Part shown: piece by piece, positions 30,351-46,100 of the stretch
Numbering within the stretch: position 1 is the stretch's first letter
Layout: the number at the start of each line of letters is the position of its first letter
Origin: the human T2T-CHM13v2.0 reference genome, Homo sapiens
Reading direction: 5' to 3' (one strand)
Length of the DNA: 64,000 bases
NCBI RefSeq assembly: GCF_009914755.1
Contig: NC_060945.1
Position numbers and translations under genes: made by a program
The notes under the pieces: model-generated
Database searches by the model: none
The model's input: the letters and a program-made list of their open reading frames with translations, nothing else
Told to the model about the DNA's origin: nothing

Positions 30351-33300
30351 AAAATATGAAAGTACATCAAATATATATTTTATTCTGTACATAAAATATC
30401 AAAGTACACCAGATATATATTCTACAGTGTACATAAAATATCAAAGTACACAAACTATAAATTATATATTGTACATAAAATATGAAATTACATCAAATAT
30501 ATATTAGGTACATAAAATATGAAAGTATATCAAATATAGATTATATACTGTACATAAAATATCAAAGTACCCCAAATATATATTATATACTGTACATGAA
30601 ATATCAAAGTTCACAAACTATATATTATATACTGTACATAAAATATCAAAGTACCCAAGGTATATATTCTATACTGTACAAAAAATATCAAAGTACCCAA
30701 AGCATGTATTATATACTGTACATAAAATATGAAAGTACATCAAATATATATTTTATTCTGTACATAAAATATCAAAGTACACCAGATATATATTCTATAG
30801 TGTACATAAAATATCAAAGTACCCAAACTATACATTATATACTGTACATGAATATGAGATTACATCAAATATATATTATATTAGGTACATAAAATATGAA
30901 AGTACATCAGATATAGATTATATACTGTACATTAAATACCAAAGTACCGCAAATATATATTTTATACTGTACATCAAATATCAAAGTTCACAAACTATAT
31001 ATTATATACTGCACATAAAATATCAAAGTACCCAAGGTATATATTCTATACTGTAAAAAAATATCAAAGTACCCAAAGCATGTATTATATACTGTACATA
31101 AAATATGAAAGTACATCAAATATATATTTTCTTCTGTACATAAAATATCAAAGTACACCAAACATATATTCTATACTGTACCTAAAATATCAAAATACCC
31201 AAACTGTACATTATATACTGTACATAAAAGATGAAATTATATCAAAAATATATTATATTAGGTACATAAAATATGAAAGTACATCAAATATAGATTGTAA
31301 ACTTTACATAAAATATCAAAGTACCCCAAATATATATTATATACTCTACATGAAATATCAAAGTTCACAAACTATATATTATATACTGTTCATAAAATAT
31401 CAATGTACCCAAGGTATACATTCTATACTGTACAAAAAATATCAAAGTACCCAAAGCATGTATTACATACTGTACATAAAATATGAAAGTACATCAAATA
31501 CATATTTTATTCTGTACTTAAAATATCAAAGTACACCAAATATGTATTCTATAGTGTACATAAAATATCAAATTACCCAAACTATACATTACATACTGTA
31601 CATAAAATATGAAATTACATCAAATATCTATTATATTAGGTACGTAAAATATAAAAGTCCATCAAATATAGATTATATACTGTACATAATATACCTAAGT
31701 ACACCAAATATATATTTTATACTCTACATGAAATATCAAAGTTCACAAACCATATATTATATACTGTACATAAAATATCAAAGTACCCAAGGTATATATT
31801 CTATACTGTACAAAAAATATCAAAGTACCCAAAGCATGTATTATATACTGTACATAAAATATGAAAGTACATCAAATATATATTTTATTCTGTACATAAA
31901 ATATCAAAGTACACCAGATATATATTCTATAGTGTACATAAAATATCAAACTACCCAAACTATTTATTATATACTGTACATAAAATATGAAATTACATCA
32001 AATATGTATTATATTAGGTACATAAAATATGAAAGTACATCAAATATAGATTATATACTGTACATGAAATACCAAAGTACCCCAAATATATATTTTATAC
32101 GGTACATGAAATATCAAAGTTCACAAACTATATATTATATACTGTATATAAAATATCAAAGTACCCAAGGTATATATTCTATACTGTACAAAAAATATCA
32201 AAGTACCCAAAGCATGTATTATATACTGTACATAAAATATGAAAGTACATCAAATATATATTTTATTCTGTACAGAAAATATCAAAGTACACCAGATATA
32301 TATTCTATAGTGTACATAAAATATCAAAGTACCCAAACTATACAATATATACTGTACATAAAATATGAAATTACATCAAATTTATATTAGGTACATAAAA
32401 TATGAAAGTACGTCAAATATAGATTATATACTGTACATAAAATATCAAAGTACCCCAAATATATATTATATACTCTACATGAAATATCAAAGTTCACAAA
32501 CTATATATTATATACTGTACATAAAATATCCAAGTACCCAAGGTATATATTCTATACTGTACAAAAAATATCAACGTACCCAAAGCGTGTATTATATACT
32601 CTATATAAAATATGAAAGTACATCACATATATATTTTATTCTGTACATAAAATATCAAAGTACACCAGATATATATTCTATAGTGTACATAAAATTACAA
32701 AGTACAAAAACTGTAAATTATATGCTGTACATAAAATATGAAATTACATCAAATATATATTAGGTACATAAAATATGAAAGTACATCAAATATACATTAT
32801 ATACTGTACATAAAATATCAATGTACCCCAAATATATATTTTATACTCTACATGAAATATCAAAGTTCACAAACCATATATTATATACTGTACATAAAAT
32901 ATCAAAGTACCCAAGGTATATATTCTATACTGTACAAAAAATATCAAAGTACCCAAAGCATGTATTATATACTGTACATAAAATATGAAAGTACATCAAA
33001 TATATATTTTATTCTGTACATAAAATATCAAAGTACACCAGATATATATTCTATAGTGTACATAAAATATCAAAGTACCCAAACTATACATTATACACTG
33101 TACATAAAATATGAAATTACATCAAATATATATTATATTAGGTACATAAAATATGAAAGCACATCAAATATAGATTATATACTGTACATTAAATACCAAA
33201 GTACCCCAAATATATATTTTATACTGTACATCAAATATCAAAGTTCACAAACTATATATTATATACTGTACATAAAATATCAAAGTACCCATAGTATATA

Positions 33301-34199
33301 TTCTACAATGTACAAAAAATATCAAAGTACCCAAAGCAAGTATTATATACTGTATATTAAATATGAAAGTACATCACATATATATTTTATTCTGTACATA
33401 AAATATCAAAGTACACCAGATATATATTCTATAGTGTACATAAAATAACAAAGTTCAAAAATTATAAATTATATGCTGTACATAAAATATGAAATTACAT
33501 CAAATATATATTAGGTACATAAAATATGAAAGTACATCAAATATAGATTATATACTGTACATAAAATATCAATGTACCCCAAATATATATTTTATACTCT
33601 ACATGAAATATGAAAGTTCACAAACCATATATTATATGCTGTACATAAAATATCAAAGTACCCAAGGTATATATTCTATACTGTACAAAAAATATCAAAG
33701 TACCCAAAGCATGTATTATATACTGTACATAAAATATGAAAGTACATCAAATATATATTTTATTCTGTACATAAAATATCAAAGTACACCAGATATATAT
33801 TCTATAGTGTACATAAAATATCAACGTACCCAAACTCTACATTATATACTGTACATAAAATATGAAATTACATCAAATATATATTATATTAGGTACATAA
33901 AATATGAAAGCACATCAAATATAGATTATATACTGTACTTTAAATACCAAAGTACCCCAAATATATATTTTATACTGTACATCAAATATCAAAGTTCACA
34001 AACTATATATTATATACTGTACATAAAATATCAAAGTACCCATGGTATATATTCTATACTGTACAAAAAATATCAAAGTACCCAAAGCATGTATTATATA
34101 CTGTACATAAATTATGAAAGTACATCAAATATATATTTTATTCTGTACATAAAATATCAAAGTACACCAGATATATATTCTATAGTGTACATAAAATAT

Positions 34200-37100
34200 C
34201 AAAGTACCCAAACTATACATTATATACTGTACATAAAATATGAAATTACATCAAATATATATTATATTAGGTACATAAAATATGAAAGTACATCAAATAT
34301 AGATTATATACTGTACATAAAATATCAAAGTGCCCCAAATATATATTATATACTGTACATGAAATATCAAAGTTCACAAACTATATATTATATACTATAG
34401 ATAAAATATCAAAGTACCCAAGGTATATATTCTATACTGTACAAAAAATATCAAAGTACCCAAAGCATGTATTATATACTGTACATAAAATATGAAAGTA
34501 CATCAAATATATATTTTATTCTGTACATAAAATAAAAAAGTACACCAGATATATATTTTATAGTGTACATAAAATATGAAATTACCCAAACTATACATTA
34601 CATACTGTACATAAAATATGGAATTACATCAGATATATATTATATTAGGTACGTAAAATATGAAAGTACATCAAATATAGATTATATACCATACATAAAA
34701 TATAAAGGAACCCCAAATATATATGATATACTGTTCATGAAATATCAAAGTTCACAAACTATATATTATATACTGTAGATAAAATATCAAAGTACCCAAG
34801 GTATATATTCTATACTGTAAAAAAAAATCAAAGTACCCAAAGCATGTATTATATACTGTACATAAAATATGGAATTACATCAAATATATATTATATTAGG
34901 TACGTAAAATATGATAGTACAACAAATATAGATTATATACCATACATAAAATATAAAGGAACCCCAAATATATATGATATACTGTACATGAAATCTCAAA
35001 GTTCACAAACTATATATTATATACTGTAGATAAAATATCAAAGTACCCAAGGTATATATTCTATACTGTAAAAAAATATCAAAGTACCCAAAGCATGTAT
35101 TATATACTGTACATAAAATATGAAAGCACATCAAATATGTATTATATTAGGTACATAAAATATGAAAATACATAAAATATAGATGATATACTGTACATAA
35201 AATATCAAAGTAGCCCAAATATATATTATACTGTGTACATGAAATATCAAAATTTACGAAATATATATTATATAATGTACATAAAATATCAAAGTACCCA
35301 AAGCAAGTATTATATACTGTACATAAAAGATGAAATTACATCAAATATATATTTTATTCTGTACATAAAATATCAAAGTACACCAGATATATATTTTATA
35401 GTGTACATATAATATCAAGGTGCCCAAACTATAGATTATATACTGTACATAAAATATGAAATAACATCAAATATATATTATATTAGGTACGTAAAATATG
35501 AAAGTACATCAAATATAGATTATATACTGTACATAATATATAAAAGAACCCCAACAATATATTATATACTGTACATGAAATATCAAAATACACAAACTAT
35601 ATATTATATACTGTACATAAAATATCAAAGCACCCAAGGTATATATTCTATACTGTACAAAAAATATCAAAGTACCCAAAGCATGTATTATATACTGTAC
35701 ATAAAATATGAAAGTACATCAAATATATATTTTATTCTGTACATAAAATATCAAAGTACACCAGATATATATTCTATAGTGTACATAAAATATCAAAGTA
35801 CCCAAACTATACATTACATACTGTACATAAAATATGGAATTACATCAAATATATATTATATTAGGTACGTAAAATATGAAAGTACATCAAATATAGATTA
35901 TATACCGTACATAAAATATAAAGGAACCCCAAATATATAGGATATACTGTACATGAAATATCAAAGTTCACAAACTGTATATTATATACTGTAGATAAAA
36001 TATCAAAGTACCCAAGGTATATATTCTATACTGTATAAAAAATATCAAAGTACCCAAAGCATGTATTATATACTGTACATAAAAGATGAAAGTACATCAA
36101 ATATATATTTTATTCTGTACATAAAATAACAAAGTACACCAGATATATATTTTATAGTGTACATAAAATATGAAATTACCCAAACTATACATTACATACT
36201 GTGCATAAAATATGGAATTACATCAAATATATATTATATTAGGTACGTAAAATATGAAAGTACATCAAATATAGATTATATACCATACATAAAATATAAA
36301 GGAACCCCAAATATATATGATATACTGTACATGAAATATCAAAGTACCCAAGGTATATATTCTATAATGTAAAAAAAATATCAAAGCACACAAAGCATGT
36401 ATTATATACTGTACATAAAATATGAAAGCACATCAAATATATATTATATTAGGTACATAAAATATGAAAGTACATAAAATATAGATGATATACTGTACAT
36501 AAAAAATCAAAGGAGCCCAAATATATATTATACAGTGTACATGAAATACCAAAATTTACAAAATATATATTATATAATGTACATAAAATATCAAAGTACC
36601 CAAAGCAAGTATTATATACTGTACATAAAAGATGAAAGTACATCAAATATATATTTTATTCTGTACATAAAATATCAAAGTACACCAGATATATATTTCA
36701 TAGTGTACATAAAATATCAAGGTACCCAAACTATACATTATATACTGTACATAAAATATGAAATTACATCAAATATATATTATATTAGGTACATAAAATA
36801 TGAAAGTACATCAAATATAGATTATATACTGTACATAAAATATCAAAGTGCCCCAAATATATATTATATACTGTACATGAAATATCAAAGTTCACAAACT
36901 ATATATTATATACTATAGATAAAATATCAAAGTACCCAAGGTATATATTCTATACTGTACAAAAAATATCAAAGTACCCAAAGCATGTATTATATACTGT
37001 ACATAAAATATGAAAGTACATCAAATATATATTTTATTCTGTACATAAAATAACAAAGTACACCAGATATATATTTTATAGTGTACATAAAATATGAAAT

Positions 37101-40100
37101 TACCCAAACTATACATTACATACTGTACATAAAATATGGAATTACATCAGATATATATTATATTAGGTACGTAAAATATGAAAGTACATCAAATATAGAT
37201 TATATACCATACATAAAATATAAAGGAACCCCAAATATATATGATATACTGTTCATGAAATATCAAAGTTCACAAACTATATATTATATACTGTAGATAA
37301 AATATCAAAGTACCCAAGGTATATATTCTATACTGTAAAAAAAAATCAAAGTACCCAAAGCATGTATTATATACTGTACATAAAATATGGAATTACATCA
37401 AATATATATTATATTAGGTACGTAAAATATGATAGTACAACAAATATAGATTATATACCATACATAAAATATAAAGGAACCCCAAATATATATGATATAC
37501 TGTACATGAAATCTCAAAGTTCACAAACTATATATTATATACTGTAGATAAAATATCAAAGTACCCAAGGTATATATTCTATACTGTAAAAAAAATATCA
37601 AAGCACCCAAAGCATGTATTATATACTGTACATAAAATATGAAAGCACATCAAATATGTATTATATTAGGTACATAAAATATGAAAGTACATAAAATATA
37701 GATGATATACTGTACATAAAATATCAAAGTAGCCCAAATATATATTATACAGTGTACATGAAATATCAAAATTTACGAAATATATATTATATAATGTACA
37801 TAAAATATCAAAGTACCCAAAGCAAGTATTATATACTGTACATAAAAGATGAAATTACATCAAATATATATTTTATTCTGTACATAAAATATCAAAGTAC
37901 ACCAGATATATATTTTATAGTGTACATATAATATCAAGGTGCCCAAACTATAGATTATATACTGTACATAAAATATGAAATAACATCAAATATATATTAT
38001 ATTAGGTACGTAAAATATGAAAGTACATCAAATATAGATTATATACTGTACATAACATATAAAAGAACCCCAACAATATATTATATACTGTACATGAAAT
38101 ATCAAAATACACAAACTATATATTATATACTGTACATAAAATATCAAAGCACCCAAGGTATATATTCTATACTGTACAAAAAATATCAAAGTACCCAAAG
38201 CATGTATTATATACTGTACATAAAATATGAAAGTACATCAAATATATATTTTATTCTGTATATAAAATAACAAAGTACACCAGATATATATTTTATAGTG
38301 TACATAAAATATCAAAGTACCCAAACTATACATTACATACTGTACATAAAATATGGAATTACATCAAATATATATTATATTAGGTACGTAAAATATGAAA
38401 GTACATCAAATATAGATTATATACCGTACATAAAATATAAAGGAACCCCAAATATATAGGATATACTGTACATGAAATATCAAAGTTCACAAACTGTATA
38501 TTATATACTGTAGATAAAATATCAAAGTACCCAAGGTATATATTCTATACTGTATAAAAAATATCAAAGTACCCAAAGCATGTATTATATACTGTACATA
38601 AAAGATGAAAGTACATCAAATATATATTTTATTCTGTACATAAAATAACAAAGTACACCAGATATATATTTTATAGTGTACATAAAATATGAAATTACCC
38701 AAACTATACATTACATACTGTGCATAAAATATGGAATTACATCAAATATATATTATATTAGGTACGTAAAATATGAAAGTACATCAAATATAGATTATAT
38801 ACCATACATAAAATATAAAGGAACCCCAAATATATATGATATACTGTACATGAAATATCAAAGTACCCAAGGTATATATTCTATAATGTAAAAAAAATAT
38901 CAAAGCACACAAAGCATGTATTATATACTGTACATAAAATATGAAAGCACATCAAATATATATTATATTAGGTACATAAAATATGAAAGTACATAAAATA
39001 TAGATGATATACTGTACATAAAAAATCAAAGGAGCCCAAATATATATTATACAGTGTACATGAAATACCAAAATTTACAAAATATATATTATATAATGTA
39101 CATAAAATATCAAAGTACCCAAAGCAAGTATTATATACTGTACATAAAAGATGAAAGTACATCAAATATATATTTTATTCTGTACATAAAATATCAAAGT
39201 ACACCAGATATATATTTCATAGTGTACATAAAATATCAAGGTACCCAAACTATACATTATATACTGTACATAAAATATGAAATTACATCAAATATATATT
39301 ATATTAGGTACGTAAAATATGAAAGTACATCAAATATAGATTATATACTGTACATAATATATAAAAGAACCCCAACTATATATTATATACTGTACATGAA
39401 ATATCAAAACACACAAACTATATATTATATACTGTACATAAAATATCAAAGTACCCAAGGTATATATCCTATACTGTACAAAAAATATCAAAGTACCCAA
39501 AGCATGTATTATATACTGTACATAAAATATGAAAGCACATCAAATATATATTATATTAGGTACATAAAATATGAAAGTAAATAAAATATAGATGATATAC
39601 TTTACATAAAATATCAAAGTAGCCCAAATATATATTATACAGTGTACATGAAATATCAAAATTTACAAAATATATATTATATAATGTACATAAAATATCA
39701 AAGTACCCAAAGCATGTATTATATACTGTACATAAAATATGAAAGTACATCAAATATATATTTTATTCTGTACATAAAATATCAAAGTACACCAGATATA
39801 TATTTTATAGTGTACATAAAATATCAAGGTACCCAAACTATACATTATATACTGTACATAAAATATGAAATTACATCAAATATATATTATATTAGGTACG
39901 TAAAATATGAAAGTACATCAAATATAGACTCTATACTGTACATAATATATAAAAGAACCCCAAATATATATTATATACTGTACATGAAGTATCAAAATAC
40001 ACAAACTATATATTATATACTGTACATAAAATATCAAAGTACCCAAGGTATATATTCTATACTGTACAAAAAATATCAAAGTACCCAAAGCATGTATTAT

Positions 40101-43100
40101 ATACTGTACATAAAATATGAAAGTACATCAAATATATATTATATTAGATACGTAAAATATGAAAGTACATCAAATATAGATTATATACCATACATAAAAT
40201 ATAAAGGAACCCCAAATATATATGATATACTGTACATGAAATATCAAAGTTCACAAACTATATATTATATACTGTAGATAAAATATCAAAGTACCCAAGG
40301 TATATATTCTATACTGTAAAAAAAAATCAAAGTACCCAAAGCATGTATTATATACTGTACATAAAATATGAAGACACATCAAATATATATTATATTAGGT
40401 ACATAAAATATGAAAGTACATAAAATATAGATGATATACTGTACATAAAATATCAAAGTAGCCCAAATATATATTATACAGTGTACATGAAATATCAAAA
40501 TTTACAAAACATATATTATATAATGTACATAAAATATCAAAGTACCCAAAGCAAGTATTATATACTGTACATAAAAGATGAAAGTACATCAAATATATAT
40601 TTTATTCTGTACATAAAATATCAAAGTACACCAGATATATATTTTATAGTGTACATAAAATATCAAGGTACCCAAACTATACATTATATACTGTACATAA
40701 AATATGAAATTACATCAAATATATATTATATTAGGTACGTAAAATATGAAAGTACATCAAATATAGATTATATACTGTACATAATATATAAAAGAACCCC
40801 AAATATATATTATATACTGTACATGAAGTATCAAAATACACAAACTATATATTATATACTGTATATAAAATATCAAAGTACCCAAGGTATATATTCTATA
40901 CTGTACAAAAAATATCAAAGTACCCAAATCATGTATTATATACTGTATATAAAATATGAAAGTACATCAAATATATATTTTATTCTGTACATAAAATAAC
41001 AAAGTACAACAGATATATATTTTATAGTGTACATAAAATATCAAAGTACCCAAACTATACATTACATACTGTACATAAAATATGGAATTACATCAAATAT
41101 ATATTATATTAGGTATGTAAAATATGAAAGTACATCAAATATAGTTTATATACCATACATAAAATATAAAGGAACCCAAATATATATGATATACTGTACA
41201 TGAAATATCAAAGTTCACAAACTATATATTATATACTGTAGATAAAATATCAAAGTACCCAAGGTATATATTCTATACTGTAAAAAAAATATCAAAGCAC
41301 CCAAAGCATGTATTATATACTGTACATAAAATATGAAAGCACATCAAATATATATTATATTAGGTACATAAAATATGAAAGTACATAAAATATAGATGAT
41401 ATACTGTACATAAAATATCAAAGGAGCCCAAATATATATTATACAGTGTACATGAAATATCAAAATTTACAAAATATATATTATATAATGTACATAAAAT
41501 ATCAAAGTACCCAAAGCAAGTATTATCTACTGTACATAAAAGATGAAAGTACATCAAATATATATTTTATTCTGTACATAAAATATCAAAGTACACCAGA
41601 TATATATTTTATAGTGTACATAAAATATCAAGGTACCCAAACTATACATTATATACTGTACATAAAATATGAAATTACATCAAATATATATTATATTAGG
41701 TACGTAAAATATGAAAGTACATCAAATATAGATTATATACTGTACATAATATATAAAAGAACCCCAACTATATATTATATACTGTACATAAAATATCAAA
41801 ATACACAAACTATATATTATATACTCTACATAAAATATCAAAGTACCCAAGGTATATATCCTATACTGTACAAAAAATATCAAAGTACCCAAAGCATGTA
41901 TTATATACTGTACATAAAATATGAAAGCACATCAAATATATATTATATTAGGTACATAAAATATGAAAGTACATAAAATATAGATGATATACTGTACATA
42001 AAATATCAAAGTAGCCCAAATATATATTATACAGTGTACATGAAATATCAAAATTTACAAAATATATATTATATAATGTACATAAAATATCAAATTACCC
42101 AAAGCATGTATTATATACTGTACATAAAATATGAAAGTACATCAAGTATATATTTTATTCTGTACATAAAATATCAAAGTACACCAGATATATATTTTAT
42201 AGTGTACATAAAATATCAAGGTACCCAAACTATACATTATATACTGTACATAAAATATGAAATTACATCAAATATATATTATATTAGGTACGTAAAATAT
42301 GAAAGTACATCAAATATAGACTATATACTGTACATAATATATAAAAGAACCCCAAATATATATTATATACTGTACATGATGTATCAAAATACACAAACTA
42401 TATATTATATACTGTACATAAAATATCAAAGTACCCAAGGTATATATTCTATACTGTACAAAAAATATCAAAGTACCCAAAGCATGTATTATATACTGTA
42501 CATAAAATATGAAAGTACATCAAATATATATTATATTAGGTACGTAAAATATGAAAGTACATCAAATATAGATTATATACCATACATAAAATATAAAGGA
42601 ACCCCAAATATATATGATATACTGTACATGAAATATCAAAGTTCACAAACTATATATTATATACTGTAGATAAAATATCAAAGTACCCAAGGTATATATT
42701 CTATACTGTAAAAAAAAATCAAAGTACCCAAAGCATGTATTATATACTGTACATAAAATATGAAGGCACATCAAATATATATTATATTAGGTACATAAAA
42801 TATGAAAGTACATAAAATATAGATGATATACTGTACATAAAATATCAAAGTAGCCCAAATATATATTATACAGTGTACATGAAATATCAAAATTTACAAA
42901 ACATATATTATATAATGTACATAAAATATCAAAGTACCCAAAGCAAGTATTATATACTGTACATAAAAGATGAAAGTACATCAAATATATATTTTATTCT
43001 GTACATAAAATATCAAAGTACACCAGATATATATTTTATATTGTACATAAAATATCAAGGTACCCAAACTATACATTATATACTGTACATAAAATATGAA

Positions 43101-46100
43101 ATTACATCAAATATATATTATATTAGGTACGTAAAATATGAAAGTACATCAAATATAGATTATATACTGTACATAATATATAAAATAACCCCAAATATAT
43201 ATTATATACTGTACATGAAGTATCAAAATACACAAACTATATATTATATACTGTAGATAAAATATCAAAGTACCCAAGGTATATATTCTATACTGTACAA
43301 AAAATATCAAAGTACCCAAAGCATGTATTATATACTGTATATAAAATATGAAAGTACATCAAATATATATTTTATTCTGTACATAAAATAACAAAGTATA
43401 CCAGATATATATTTTATAGTGTACATAAAATATCAAAGTACCCAAACTATACATTACATACTGTACATAAAATATGGAATTACATCAAATATATATTATA
43501 TTAGGTACGTAAAATATGAAAGTACATCAAATATAGATTATATACCATACATAAAATCTAAAGGAACCCCAAATATATATGATATACTGTACATGAAATT
43601 TCAAAGTTCACAAACTATATATTATATACTGTAGATAAAATATCAAAGTACCCAAGGTATATATTCTATACTGTAAAAAAAATATCAAAGTACCCAAAGC
43701 ATGTATTATATAATGTACATAAAATATGAAAGCACATCAAATATATATTATATTAGGTACATAAAATATGAAAGTACATAAAATATAGATGATATACTGT
43801 ACATAAAATATCAAAGTAGCCCAAATATATATTATACAGTGTACATGAAATATCAAAATTTACGAAATATATATTATATAATGTACATAAAATATGAAAG
43901 TACACAAAGCAAGTATTATATACTGTACATAAAAGATGAAATTACATCAAATATATATTTTATTCTGTACATAAAATATCAAAGTACACCAGATATATAT
44001 TTTATAGTGTACATAAAATATCAAGGTACCCAAACTATACATTATATACTGTACATAAAATATGAAATTACATCAAATATATATTATATTAGGTACGTAA
44101 AATATGAAAGTACATCAAATATAGATTATATACTGTACATAATATATAAAAGAACCCCAACTATATATTATATACTGTACATGAAATATCAAAATACACA
44201 AACTATATATTATATACTGTACATAAAATATCAAAGCACCCAAGGTATATATTCTATACTATACAAAAAATATCAAAGTACCCAAAGCATGTATTATATA
44301 CTGTACATAAAATATGAAAGTACATCAAATATATATTTTATTCTGTATATAAAATAACAAAGTACACCAGATATATATTTTATAGTGTACATAAAATATC
44401 AAAGTACCCAAACTATACATTACATACTGTACATAAAATATGGAATTACATCAAATATATATTATATTAGGTACGTAAAATATGAAAGTACATCAAATAT
44501 AGATTATATACCATACATAAAATATAAAGGAACCCCAAATATATAGGATATACTGTACATGAAATATCAAAGTTCACAAACTATATATTATATACTGTAG
44601 ATAAAATATCAAAGTACCCAAGGTATATATTCTATACTGTATAAAAAATATCAAAGTACCCAAAGCATGTATTATATACTGTACATAAAAGATGAAAGTA
44701 CATCAAATATATATTTTATTCTGTACATAAAATAACAAAGTACACCAGATATATATTTTATAGTGTACATAAAATATGAAATTACCCAAACTATACATTA
44801 CATACTGTACATAAAATATGGAATTACATCAAATATATATTATATTAGGTACGTAAAATATGAAAGTACATCTAATATAGATTATATACCATACATAAAA
44901 TATAAAGGAACCCCAAATATATATGATATACTGTACATGAAATATCAAAGTTCACAAACTATATATTGTATACTGTACATAAAATATCAAAGTACCCAAG
45001 GTATATATTCTATAATTTAAAAAAAATATCAAAGCACCCAAAGCATGTATTATATACCGTACATAAAATATGAAAGCACATCAAATATATATTATATTAG
45101 GTACATAAAATATGAAAGTACATAAAATATAGATGATATACTGTACATAAAATATCAAAGGAGCCCAAATATATATTATACAGTGTACATGAAATATCAA
45201 AATTTACAAAATATGTATTATATAATGTACATAAAATATCAAAGTACCCAAAGCAAGTATTATATACTGTACATAAAAGATGAAAGTACATCAAATATAT
45301 ATTTTATTCTGTACATAAAATATCAAAGTACACCAGATATATATTTTATAGTGTACATAAAATATCAAGGTACCCAAACTATACATTATATACTGTACAT
45401 AAAATATGAAATTACATCAAATATATATTATATTAGGTACGTAAAATATGAAAGTACATCAAATATAGATTATATACTGTACATAATATATAAAAGAACC
45501 CCAACTATATATTATATACTGTACATGAAATATCAAAATACACAAATTATATATTATATACTGTACATAAAATATCAAAGTACCCAAGGTATATATCCTA
45601 TACTGTACAAAAAATATCAAAGTACCCAAAGCATGTATTATATACTGTACATAAAATATGAAAGCACATGAAATATATATTATATTAGGTACATAAAATA
45701 TGAAAGTACATAAAATATAGATGATATACTGTACATAAAATATCAAAGTAGCCCAAATATATATTATACAGTGTACATGAAATATCAAAATTTACAAAAT
45801 ATATATTATATAATGTACATAAAATATCAAAGTACCCAAAGCATGTATTATATACTGTACATAAAATATGAAAGTACATCAAATATATATTTTATTCTGT
45901 ACATAAAATATCAAAGTACACCAGATATATATTTTATAGTGTACATAAAATATCAAGGTACCCAAACTATACATTATATACTATACATAAAATATGAAAT
46001 TACATCAAATATATATTATATTAGGTACGTAAAATATGAAAGTACATCAAATATAGACTATATACTGTACATAATATATAAAAGAACCCCAAATATATAT

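Larger units (their letters stand above)
1..34200. repeat. Domain A: canonical 9-mer (378-bp) HOR mixed with a 373-bp variant
   Basis: Nine distinguishable monomers occur in fixed order: M1 cccaaagcatg, M2 tgaaagtacatc..ttttattctg, M3 caccagat..ttctatagtg, M4 cccaaactatacat, M5 tgaaattacatc..attaggtac, M6 ..atagattat, M7 ccccaaat..tacatg, M8 gttcacaaac, M9 cccaaggt..tacaaaaaa. The landmark 'taggt' falls at 8111, 8484 (+373) and 8862 (+378). Confidence 0.93.
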
